Part shown: one piece after another, positions 11,001 to 19,743 of the stretch
How positions within the stretch are numbered: the stretch's first letter is position 1
Layout: the number at the start of each line of letters is the position of its first letter
Virus record (IMG/VR): IMGVR_UViG_3300025150_000003
Span: 105,414 to 169,413 of that record
Source: a virus
Length of the DNA stretch: 64,000 nt
Strand: one strand, 5' to 3'
Notes under the pieces: model-generated
Databases searched by the model: none
The model's input: the letters and a program-made list of their open reading frames with translations, nothing else
Told to the model about the DNA's origin: nothing
Made by a program: the position numbers and the translations under genes

Positions 11001-14000
11001 CTCAGCCGGGGACGGGGCAGGATTCCAGGTGCCCTCCAGGTTGGTGAGAGAACCCTCCCGACTCACGAACTCCAAGGGACCGGCTGCCACATCGTTGGCT
11101 GTGGAGTACGCCCCGAGCCCCAACCAGACCTGCTTGACCCGGAGCTGCGTCTGGTAGACGTGGGTTGCTCCCACTCCATTGTCGTGCTCGAACCCACGAG
11201 GACGTGCCCCCGTGAAGTCGATGACCTCGTGGAACGTGAGACGATCCGAGTCGATGTAGGCCGAGTCGCTGAACCCTGGCGTGCTGGTATCCACATCCAG
11301 AGAAAACTCCCAACCGTACCTGCTGATCTTCCGGTCATTCGGGCCAGCGGGATCCAGGTGGTCGTGAGGCAGGAACCATTGAACCTCCGTCCCCACAGTG
11401 GGCGTGAACGGAATCTGGCCCGACCAACCAGTCAGAATGATGTGGCGGTTCTCGGCTACAGTTGCAGGAGCGGGCTCCCCACCCACCGCGTCGAACCCAC
11501 CAAAGGTCACACCCGCATGAACAACCCAACCGGTGTCATTGCCCTGATAATCCGTGACCCGTGCGAATCCAGACCGAATCCAGATGGTGAGGAAAACCCG
11601 GCCGTCCTTCATGTCCGCGACGGAAACCGCTCCGGCGGGACCGTTCAACACGGTGTCGTCGGGACGGGAGATCAAGTTGACCTTGACGATGTTGTCGGCC
11701 GAGGCCGCTAGGATGGTGTTGAGGTTGCCCGTGTTGATGGCATTCCCGTCGTTCAGACCAAGACCAAGACCGATAGCCATATCTTGGAACGAGATGACCG
11801 TGGTGGCCCCCGCGATGTCGTCGAACAACCGCACCCCCAGAGGATTGGTAACCTGGGGGTTCACCGGGTAGTTACCCGGCGTCGTATGGACGTAATAGTT
11901 GTCGAGAACGTACTGCACCGGTGAGCCCTGACTCACCTGAGTCGCGAACCGTGGAGGCTCGATCCAGGACCAGTCGTCTCCGCCCACGTTCGCATTGGTC
12001 AACCGACCCACCGAAAGGATCCCCTGCCATCCCAGAGGAGCACCCGGGTCTACCTGCACCAGCAGTAGATCCCCTTCCTGCCCCGGAGCAACGCCATAGG
12101 TCGCCGCCGGATCCGTCTTGGTCTGGGTCATCAGGGTCGCAGGCTCCTGATAGAATCCCCCGAGTGCAACAGCCGCAGCCAGAACCTCACCATCAGTGAA
12201 TAGGATCTCGTCCGGGTAATAGCCGCCAGCAACAGGATCCGCTGCCATCAGTGGACCCAGGACGTTGGTGATTTCGTCAAACCGGTCCAACTCAGTGTTC
12301 GTCCCGTCCATGTACGGGATCTGAAGGTCCCCAGCATCATCGAAAGGCTGCCCGAGCAACGCCGGGGTATTGAGCGGGAGCTGGTCGATGTTGGCGAAGT
12401 CCACCGAGCCTTCCAGATGGCTCATCGGAATAGGAGACTTCTGGCCCGTGATCTCCTTGATGGGGAACAGGAAAGGATCCGCCCAGGAAGGCAAAGATAG
12501 GTCGATGACCCGACCGCTCGTGTCCACGGTGATGTCCACCCCCTGCCGGAGTGTGGGCATCATCAAGGCTGCCTGCTGCATCACCTCCATCGTCGGGGAC
12601 TGTGTTGTCGGATCCGAGATGGGGTTCGCGGCGTCAGGAGGCAGGACGTAGATGGTGTCGGCCCGCTCGATGGGGAACAGATGTGCTGGTGTACCAGTGT
12701 TCGCCGTAGTCCCTACCAACAGGTCGTTGGGGTTGGTGATGGCAACACCGAGCCGATTCTTGAACGTCAGTACACACCCGTGCAGCACCTCATCCACGAG
12801 CACACTGGTGTAGAGTTTGAGCCCGAAAAGGCTGTACTCCTCAGGGAACAACGCCGCGAGGAACTGACCATCCGGCTTGCCCCAGCCGATCTTCTGACCG
12901 GACTCGAATCCGGGCAGGGCCATCTGAGGGTCACCAGCCTCAGCATCCGGGATGTCCCCAGCAACGTCCTGGGACATGAAACGACTCACATCCGGGTATC
13001 CCGTTGCGGGGTCCGCCGGAAGCTCCGACAGGGGCACCATCGAAACGACACAGCAGGGTTGTGTGACCGCCGGGGAACCTGAGAACAGGGCATCAGCAAG
13101 AAGTCCGTCCGGGTAGTAGCCGAAGACCCGAGTGCGGGGAAGACGTAGCCGGATGAGACTCTCGGAGACGTTCGTGATGTCGCCGAGGACCGGGTTAGCC
13201 ACCTGGCCGATCTGAGTCCCGTATGTGCTCTCCTTCTCTCCAGTCTCAGGGTTGATGGTGCCCCACGAGTAAACACCCACGTCCCCAACCGTCAGGTCAG
13301 CCCCGATGCCCGGCAACAGGGTGAACAGCACCCGAGCGGACGTGGGGAACAACCTGGAGTACCTGTGAGCCCCACCCATCCGGTCAAACACCCCCTTCGA
13401 CTCCAAGGTGAAGTAGGGAGTGGAGTTGGTTGGGATGAGCTTCGGCTTGGAAGCTCCCAACAGCAGGATGTCATCCACGTCGTTACGGACCAACAACTTC
13501 TGGTGGTCCATCATCTTGCGGAGACGTGACACCCCGAGAGGAGCCCCAGCCAATCGGAAATCGGAGATGGTGGCCACCTCTGGTTTCACCAAGGGGTCCG
13601 CCTCAAGGAACGTGATGTCCCGCGTGGGATCACCCTCGTTGAAGACCAGGTCCCAGACGTTCGAGGGGTTCAGCAGGCCCGTGATGGCATCTTCATAGCC
13701 TGGTGGGGTGTAGTCCTGCCCCCGACCAATCCAGAACCTGAACTTCCCATCCCGGTCACCGATGAACTTGCCGTCGATGCACTCCAGCACCTGCTCGAAC
13801 GCCACTACGGAGTCGTTGTAGAACCCCAACAGTGCCCTGGCTGCCCGGTCCTTGTCGAGGAGGTCCCGACGTTCCGAGGGGATACCGAGGTTGCCCTTGT
13901 CCCAGTTGTCGTCACCCGCAGGGACCGTCAACCGGGGACCTCCCGAGGACTGGCCCTGCTTCATCTCTCGGACAGCCTGTGTAACGGCCTCGCCGAGGTA

Positions 14001-17000
14001 ACTGCGCAGGGGAAGAGCCCGGTAGTAAAGGGAATCGGGACTACTGAACGTGTAGGTCGCGGTGAGAGTCCCACCCAGGTAGCCATTGCTAGCACTCGGG
14101 AGGACATTGTGCTTGTACTTGGCGAACCATCGGGGGAACTGCACCGAACCACCCGAGAAGAAGGGCTCCATCACCCGGATCTTCGTGTGGGAGAGCAGGA
14201 GCTTCTGACCCGATCCGAGCGGAGCCTGCAAAGGCTCTGTCAGGAGCACCACTCCAGTCTCAGGGTCGATCTGGAACTCAGTCCCCTCGGCCAACGTCCG
14301 GCCGGGTTGCTCCACCCCACGGGACACCTCACCGAAGAGAACCAATTCGACACCCTCGGCAGCCACATAGGGACCGATGCCTACAATCTGTCGGGTGTCC
14401 GGCGGGTACACCGGCCGATAGGAGAGCCGCACCGTCGTGCCCTGAGAGGTCACAGCCACACGGAAAGGGGACGTAAACGTGATCTTCGTCCTGGTGCCAT
14501 CCTCGCTCAGCGTCGCCTCGGCGATGGTGAATGGCATCCCGCCAATCTCCATGATGTGGCCAGGCACCGCGAAAGTCGAGAGGTCTCCGAGGAACGTGAT
14601 GCTGCTCTGCTTGGCGTTGACGGGCTCGAACGGGAAGGCCGTTGTGGGCACCTCCTGCATGAACCCAGCAGGGGCCGTTGTAGCAATGGGGGCAAGACCA
14701 TCAGGGTCAAGCACCGGCGTGATCGGACTCGATGTCACCAGGGTAAGCACGTCGTTACCAGGCGACCGGGAGCCCACCTCGCTGGAGGTGGGGGGATAGA
14801 TGTCCACCCGAGTGGTGTCAGGGTCTGGGAAGTAGGTCAAGGCTGTGAGGTAGAAGCACTCAGCCCCAATGCGGAGCATCTGGCCAACCTCGAAGTCCGC
14901 GAGGCGGTTCCCTCGAAGCCCGAAGTTGTCCCGGCCCGCTGGGATGTAGAACGGTGGCCGGTAGACCGGGCTCTGAGAAGTCGTGTACGCCCTCTCCCCA
15001 CCCAGAGCATCGAACACCGAGTAGGTCGCCACCGGAGTAGCCCAAGCGGGAAGATCTCGGTTGAAAGTCAGCCGCATCCCCAGCAGGTTCCCAGGCTGAT
15101 CCGTGGTGAAGTCCTCCACACCAAAGTTCTGCTGCTTCGGACCAACGAAAACCAAGGGCTCCACACGGGTGTCGATGACGTGCTCACCAAGGGGGTCAAT
15201 CTGGAACTCGTGGTCGGTCAGCCGGGTTGTGGTCTCACGCCGAGCGAACACCGGGAGGAACTCGATGATGGTGTCATCCACCCCACCGACTCGCCGACCT
15301 TCCACTGTGGCCAGCCAGTATTCCATCTCGACCAGGCAGCCCTTGGTCAAGGGCTTGCGGAAGCTCACCGCCCCCACCATCGGGGACACCGACACATCGG
15401 ATCCAGGCACCATCTGCTCGACGAAGTAAAGCTGCTTCCCCGCATGTGTAACGGCATCCGCTGCCGAAATGCGGACATGGCCCGTCTTCGGATCATACTC
15501 GGCATCCCCTGCCAGCAGATTCGCTGCATCACGCAGCTCTTCCACATAGAGAACATCGCTCGAAGCCAGATCCGTGAGCAGGGTGGAGTTGAACTTCAGC
15601 TCCCCCTTGGGATGTAGGAATCCATCCCCATCCATCCAGTCAGCCGTCAGGTACTCCACCCCCACAGGGTCAACCGTGAACGCCGCCACTGCCAGTGGCG
15701 AGAACATCTCCGTGCCCACCCAGAGGGAAAAAACTCCCTCGCTCACATGCACTGTGTAAGGCAGAAACAGGGTGTCGTTGGCTACGTCCCCCATGGATCT
15801 GAGCCCGATCGGGTAGAGCGCCGCTGTGACCCCCGTCCCCGAATGCACGGCACCAAACCGCAAACTCACCGAGCGACCACTCGCGTTGGCGTCCTCGACA
15901 CCAGCCGTGTAGTCCTGGCCCGCGACTACCCCAATCGGGGACAGGACACGGATCTGGAAAGGCTCATCAGGAAGGTGGTTGAACGGCTTGTAAACCTGGT
16001 CGGCTACGACGGCTGGGTCATAAACACTGTCTGGATAACCCGAGAATGCCTCCCACGGAGTGGCCCGGTCAGGATCCGCGATGAACGGGGGTGTGACCTC
16101 ACAGTGGGTGTTGTCCGTCACCGACGTGATGACATAGGAACCCTGTGCAGGACCCGAGGAGAGCTTAATACGGTCCCCGGCCTTGAGGGTGATGAGGAAC
16201 AGCCCCTGAGCGTCCGTGAAAGTCGTGCCACCGTTCTGGTAGGACCCCTGCCCGCCAGAAGCTACGGAGGCCCCGTAGCGGGTGGTGAGCTGAATCGTGC
16301 CCGAGAGGCCTTGATCCGGGAGGAGGTAGTCCACCCCCTGCTGCTGGACCACGAACCGTCCCCCATCCTCTGCCGCCAAGAACGCCCCATTGATGCCTGG
16401 AGCGTTCAACAGCGTTGCAGGGACCACACTGGGATTCCCAAGGTTGATGGTCGTGGTGCGCTGTGTCACAGCGTTGGACGACAGAGACTCCCCCAACCAG
16501 GCGAACTTGCCCTCAGGGAACCGGTGCTCGATCTCCTCGTAGTGACCCAACCGCTTGTCGATGATGCGCAGTTCATCGCCCTGGGAAGCCACGGTCTGAA
16601 GGTTGAAAAACACTCCCTCATCGTAGCCCGCGATGTCCTCCACCGGGGCGAAGTCGAGGAAGGTGAAAGGTGACTGCTGAACGGATTCCGCGAGGACCAC
16701 GTCCTCCAAACGGTACTGCGCGATGTAGTCTGCGTCCGGCTTGCTGCGGTCCAGGTTCAACAGGCTGCGAGAGAGCCCCACCGAGATGCCAGCATCGGAC
16801 AACCAGTTGGGCTTGCCAGCCTCCGCCACCCAACCCGGCAAGAATCCCAGAGCTGCGGTGCCCGTCAGGTCCTTGGGGTCACCCCAACCGATCTCCACCA
16901 GGCCACTGTCGGGGTCCACCGCTTCCAGTACCACCCGGTCCCCGGAGGCCCGGCAAATGCCCGTACCAGCCTGGGCCACGATACGAGCCTGGATGGAGGT

Positions 17001-19151
17001 GGCCACCTCCCCAGCGTCGAAGAACTCATTGTCGGGGAGAACTGCCAGCAACAGGCTCGAAGGCCAGTCATGAGCAACCCCGTCGATGGAGAAGTAGAGC
17101 ACCTCGGTGCCATCGAACCTGAATACGAGACGGCTCTTGGAGGCGATGGACGCTTTCTCGGTGTACGTCGAAGGATTCAAGGATGCCTGGAGGAAGTAGA
17201 CCACCTCACCGGCAAACCGCTTCCGTGAGTCCGAGCCGAGCTGCACAACCGAGTGTAGAACCCCACCCTTGAGCCCGATAGGGACAGGCTCACGCGAGAT
17301 GTACCCTGTCCCCCCTGGGACTGAATGTGGATAGGTGGGCAGGTCACTGATGCGATCCACCACCACGACCTCGGTGACAGACCCACCCTTTGCGAACAGG
17401 ATGAGGTCACCCACCCCGTCGGAAATCTGACGGATGAGGCCGAGAGACTGAGGAGCGATGCCACCCCCAATGGGAGGAAGGCTATCCCCACCAGGTCGAA
17501 TGGGGTCATCTACCAAAGCGGGGTTCACACCTTCGGGATCCGGGATGGCTCCCGTCCCATCGGGCATGTGCAACACACCAGAAAGCCCCAGACCCCGGAA
17601 CACCTCGTCGGAACCGGCCAGGTCTTCCGGCCACGGAAGAGCATCCGGCAGGTACATGGGCTCGACCGGATGCAACGTCATCGTGATGCCATCCGATTGC
17701 ACAAGGGGACGGGGTCCCTTGAGGGGTTGCGGAATAGCGTTGAGGGCGACCCCATCGTAGTAGATCCGTGCCCCGAGGAAGTGCTTGTTGAAAGCCCCCA
17801 AGTTCCCCGAGTCGGCCTTGGCCACATCGGCTGATGAGAGCTTCACCCGCCCCGTGGTCAGGGCAACAGCACAAGAACCCTCGGCCGGAGCCCGCAGAGC
17901 CAACTCGGCCTCGTCAATGACCAGCTCCACATCCAAGGGAGTCCGGTTATTGATGCGGATGAAAGGGTGATCCGTGGGGCCAGGCACCGGGGAGATGAAC
18001 AGGTCATCCTGAATGTCCCCCACGTAGCCATCGGCGTCAGCAGAGAACCCTCGGTAGACGTACCAGAGGTTCTTGCCCGCGTTCTTCTCGACGAAAGCAG
18101 GGTTGAACTGAAGAATCCCATTCGTCTGCCCCACGATCCCTGAGCGGCGGCTTGCTTCAAAAGGATAGGCGCTCTCCGCATCCACATCGGAAACCACCAC
18201 CACACCAGTGAACCCATCCGGGTCAGATGTGCCCACAGGGCTACTCAGGGCACCTGCTGAGGAGCCCAGACGGAGCATAGCGTAGCCGTCCAGCACCAAA
18301 GCACTGCCAGGCAGCACAGAGCCTACAGGGAGGTTGCTGAAGGGTGGGGAGAGCTTGTAGGTGGTGTCGAACAGAAGTGCACCCAGGTTCACTGGGCCTG
18401 ACCCCTTGTAGGGCATCCACCGCTGGAAGGTGTTGTTCCAGCCGAACCGCGTCTCGTAGCGGTCATTCCTCGTCCACCAGAATTTCTGGGCGGCCAACGT
18501 GTACCGAACGGCCACGACTCGGTCACCACGGTCAGATGACAGGCTGCCATCGAACAACGTCGCCAGGTCGCTGGCTACCAATCCGGTACTGGGTGCCTCG
18601 TAGACGTTGTAGTTGTTGAGGGTGACAACTCCGCCCGCCTGGCCAGCCACATCGGGCTTGACGACGTAATAGGGGTTGGAGCCTTGGCGTCCCAGGTCAG
18701 GATCCTGTGTGTCCACCCAACCGCCATCACTGTGAGCCACGTCCCCCCGAGCAATCACCAGGTGGGTGATGAGCCCCACCCGGCGACCACCATCGTCCGT
18801 CACAATGACCTTGAGTGTACCGTCGCTGAACGTCCCCACCGCCAGACTGCCCACAGGCAGGCGGCCTGTGCCTTCCTCGGACCACCAAGATGAGTCATCG
18901 ATCAGGGCGAGATGAGAGGAGAACGCCGCCCACACCAGGTACTCATGTGGAGAGGTGCCAGGTGCTTGAAGCACCGCAGCCCGATACTGGTCCCCCGCGT
19001 AGTCCGCAATGACCGGCTGAGCCGCAGTGCGAGTCCCAGGGGGGATACGCACATCCCGCACGACACCGTTGGTGGGGTCACCGGATGTGGCAGAGTTCCC
19101 AGGGGCGACCCGAGGAGCACGAAGAACATGGCCTGTGAAGTCAAAACCCAT
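8007..19151 (-). CDS. Giant virion structural protein (3714 aa), probable baseplate/fibre scaffold
   Basis: 11.1 kb uninterrupted ORF rich in G/P/V/D/T with many Ig-like segments (e.g. EGTEFQIDPETGVVLL), between spike and wedge genes. Confidence 0.7.
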   Translation of the reverse strand: MGFDFTGHVLRAPRVAPGNSATSGDPTNGVVRDVRIPPGTRTAAQPVIADYAGDQYRAAVLQAPGTSPHEYLVWAAFSSHLALIDDSSWWSEEGTGRLPVGSLAVGTFSDGTLKVIVTDDGGRRVGLITHLVIARGDVAHSDGGWVDTQDPDLGRQGSNPYYVVKPDVAGQAGGVVTLNNYNVYEAPSTGLVASDLATLFDGSLSSDRGDRVVAVRYTLAAQKFWWTRNDRYETRFGWNNTFQRWMPYKGSGPVNLGALLFDTTYKLSPPFSNLPVGSVLPGSALVLDGYAMLRLGSSAGALSSPVGTSDPDGFTGVVVVSDVDAESAYPFEASRRSGIVGQTNGILQFNPAFVEKNAGKNLWYVYRGFSADADGYVGDIQDDLFISPVPGPTDHPFIRINNRTPLDVELVIDEAELALRAPAEGSCAVALTTGRVKLSSADVAKADSGNLGAFNKHFLGARIYYDGVALNAIPQPLKGPRPLVQSDGITMTLHPVEPMYLPDALPWPEDLAGSDEVFRGLGLSGVLHMPDGTGAIPDPEGVNPALVDDPIRPGGDSLPPIGGGIAPQSLGLIRQISDGVGDLILFAKGGSVTEVVVVDRISDLPTYPHSVPGGTGYISREPVPIGLKGGVLHSVVQLGSDSRKRFAGEVVYFLQASLNPSTYTEKASIASKSRLVFRFDGTEVLYFSIDGVAHDWPSSLLLAVLPDNEFFDAGEVATSIQARIVAQAGTGICRASGDRVVLEAVDPDSGLVEIGWGDPKDLTGTAALGFLPGWVAEAGKPNWLSDAGISVGLSRSLLNLDRSKPDADYIAQYRLEDVVLAESVQQSPFTFLDFAPVEDIAGYDEGVFFNLQTVASQGDELRIIDKRLGHYEEIEHRFPEGKFAWLGESLSSNAVTQRTTTINLGNPSVVPATLLNAPGINGAFLAAEDGGRFVVQQQGVDYLLPDQGLSGTIQLTTRYGASVASGGQGSYQNGGTTFTDAQGLFLITLKAGDRIKLSSGPAQGSYVITSVTDNTHCEVTPPFIADPDRATPWEAFSGYPDSVYDPAVVADQVYKPFNHLPDEPFQIRVLSPIGVVAGQDYTAGVEDANASGRSVSLRFGAVHSGTGVTAALYPIGLRSMGDVANDTLFLPYTVHVSEGVFSLWVGTEMFSPLAVAAFTVDPVGVEYLTADWMDGDGFLHPKGELKFNSTLLTDLASSDVLYVEELRDAANLLAGDAEYDPKTGHVRISAADAVTHAGKQLYFVEQMVPGSDVSVSPMVGAVSFRKPLTKGCLVEMEYWLATVEGRRVGGVDDTIIEFLPVFARRETTTRLTDHEFQIDPLGEHVIDTRVEPLVFVGPKQQNFGVEDFTTDQPGNLLGMRLTFNRDLPAWATPVATYSVFDALGGERAYTTSQSPVYRPPFYIPAGRDNFGLRGNRLADFEVGQMLRIGAECFYLTALTYFPDPDTTRVDIYPPTSSEVGSRSPGNDVLTLVTSSPITPVLDPDGLAPIATTAPAGFMQEVPTTAFPFEPVNAKQSSITFLGDLSTFAVPGHIMEIGGMPFTIAEATLSEDGTRTKITFTSPFRVAVTSQGTTVRLSYRPVYPPDTRQIVGIGPYVAAEGVELVLFGEVSRGVEQPGRTLAEGTEFQIDPETGVVLLTEPLQAPLGSGQKLLLSHTKIRVMEPFFSGGSVQFPRWFAKYKHNVLPSASNGYLGGTLTATYTFSSPDSLYYRALPLRSYLGEAVTQAVREMKQGQSSGGPRLTVPAGDDNWDKGNLGIPSERRDLLDKDRAARALLGFYNDSVVAFEQVLECIDGKFIGDRDGKFRFWIGRGQDYTPPGYEDAITGLLNPSNVWDLVFNEGDPTRDITFLEADPLVKPEVATISDFRLAGAPLGVSRLRKMMDHQKLLVRNDVDDILLLGASKPKLIPTNSTPYFTLESKGVFDRMGGAHRYSRLFPTSARVLFTLLPGIGADLTVGDVGVYSWGTINPETGEKESTYGTQIGQVANPVLGDITNVSESLIRLRLPRTRVFGYYPDGLLADALFSGSPAVTQPCCVVSMVPLSELPADPATGYPDVSRFMSQDVAGDIPDAEAGDPQMALPGFESGQKIGWGKPDGQFLAALFPEEYSLFGLKLYTSVLVDEVLHGCVLTFKNRLGVAITNPNDLLVGTTANTGTPAHLFPIERADTIYVLPPDAANPISDPTTQSPTMEVMQQAALMMPTLRQGVDITVDTSGRVIDLSLPSWADPFLFPIKEITGQKSPIPMSHLEGSVDFANIDQLPLNTPALLGQPFDDAGDLQIPYMDGTNTELDRFDEITNVLGPLMAADPVAGGYYPDEILFTDGEVLAAAVALGGFYQEPATLMTQTKTDPAATYGVAPGQEGDLLLVQVDPGAPLGWQGILSVGRLTNANVGGDDWSWIEPPRFATQVSQGSPVQYVLDNYYVHTTPGNYPVNPQVTNPLGVRLFDDIAGATTVISFQDMAIGLGLGLNDGNAINTGNLNTILAASADNIVKVNLISRPDDTVLNGPAGAVSVADMKDGRVFLTIWIRSGFARVTDYQGNDTGWVVHAGVTFGGFDAVGGEPAPATVAENRHIILTGWSGQIPFTPTVGTEVQWFLPHDHLDPAGPNDRKISRYGWEFSLDVDTSTPGFSDSAYIDSDRLTFHEVIDFTGARPRGFEHDNGVGATHVYQTQLRVKQVWLGLGAYSTANDVAAGPLEFVSREGSLTNLEGTWNPAPSPAEEGSLRVMAFEFLNTPITGSNITAALVASQSLDTDGVPILVGNGIAEGNQIHTVVPVALSGDVGRVVKGDLVYIDRSGSALPSSATEKAGTYIVRYAVEPTVGPNLYKPVAGATLKSGGGFITSLFPRVVSFDFDPFVLRLELDSTTILPASGKVYVQLGDLNTTVAAEYKAALFSVEYTAKDVSGLSLVGGSFKWADDSAVVDPVVDLVADLVGLQIGWHDNSGGGTGIQQIPIQIRGNSLPDDSSVVGYNAGAAYGVNTLTFSRYGSVALTFGALEIVRGLAPAAGEAAVAKSPVYGSEVFDPTGEEIVYEDVPYLLSLNLDNIQATTLNDPNTLSGGAGVACLLPGSLAVTDFWAKGGVFVEPSTPRVTLNLDPASDPKVVDASRSLTAGTIGMRNPTAAEDVHFEVRRCRRWHGQQNGVNDAFHPLQYAYEIRRGVVTDFSRNEQQVGTLTALNFEMNWNVGTPFPRVPDVWSDNDGVLYQGTNLGPFTSEDVNIHPGDILRLLDDAGVVLEEAVVSEVVSDAVLKLRAPGFATLTQASVIGRRFEVWLRQAPVPHEQSNEQLLDLITDQVIHETVADQSDVDPSNWVGGYVPEVAAPGDWTSIANLLYDDSASPPDFVALGVRAGDIVIIDPMGLIPVVDERGSRPFGDTSVPGRTAGVNPSPHVVGQVSSLDDNRGFYRVQSVEATNLTLDPVHSFAGTLGADVLMATTQTDLMYAIYPTVGLSELSDPAPNTGEGQNDLRPTRKATEISPGVWSYTDSLDTVLDKHSLRPFSYRIIRPNAMFSAEIVDAVLMMRERMLSLIEMFRSVMKGTKGGYYWDWQDQEHVLDLGAPFDPDSGSGLFPNRLVTTLVGEADYSPFINTSDCLSLLDRRFWILDRRLDTLKPDATNPFGMTEFTALDPSFPDVGGPYTAYTDQVTGGSEVRPVLPDELGLILDVRDRLRAIRYTWLAYRTHRYIGTLARVQAFDEALPARLEDRQRTLLLEQTAEGVTG

Positions 19152-19152
19152 A

Positions 19153-19743
19153 CTAGACCATCACCGACGTGGACGCCCCGGAGGCGGGAGCAATACTTGG
19201 AGAACCTACCACAGTACCCGTCCCAGTCGCCGTCAGCAGCAAGCTGGCGATGCCGGTAGACAGACCCTTGGCAAGCTGCGGGGAGGCAGCCCCTGACCCC
19301 AGGAGACCCTGAAGCGTGGGGAGAAGAAGGAGCAGGAGTCCCGTGGCATCAGCTCGTGTCACCTTGGACACGTCCTGTCCCACTCCGACCCCGGTCACCC
19401 CCCCAGCATAGTTGGCCCAGCTTGAGATGGTCTTGGGGACTGCCAACCCGATGACCGTCCCCAGAGCCACCCCCAAAGGACCCACCATCCCTGCCGAGGA
19501 GAGCCCCGCAATAACCAGAGGTGGGTTGGGCAGCAAGAACATCCGTGTGCTTGGTACGGCCAGGGCTCCTGCTCCAGCCGTACCCACGGCGAGCCCTTGG
19601 AGCATCACCGAAGGACCCCAAGTTGCCAGAGCCGACGCCACCGCCCATGCCAACTGGTCAAACGAGAAGCCCCCAAACGGGAAAGAGGTGGCTGCTCGAA
19701 AAGAAGCCAGGTCGTTGTAGTAGATCTGGGGCGTCAGGGCCAT
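19153..19743 (-). CDS. Gly/Ala-rich hydrophobic protein (196 aa), candidate spike-associated protein
   Basis: Start moved to ATG 19743, which overlaps the spike TGA. Very few charged residues. Confidence 0.6.
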   Translation of the reverse strand: MALTPQIYYNDLASFRAATSFPFGGFSFDQLAWAVASALATWGPSVMLQGLAVGTAGAGALAVPSTRMFLLPNPPLVIAGLSSAGMVGPLGVALGTVIGLAVPKTISSWANYAGGVTGVGVGQDVSKVTRADATGLLLLLLPTLQGLLGSGAASPQLAKGLSTGIASLLLTATGTGTVVGSPSIAPASGASTSVMV

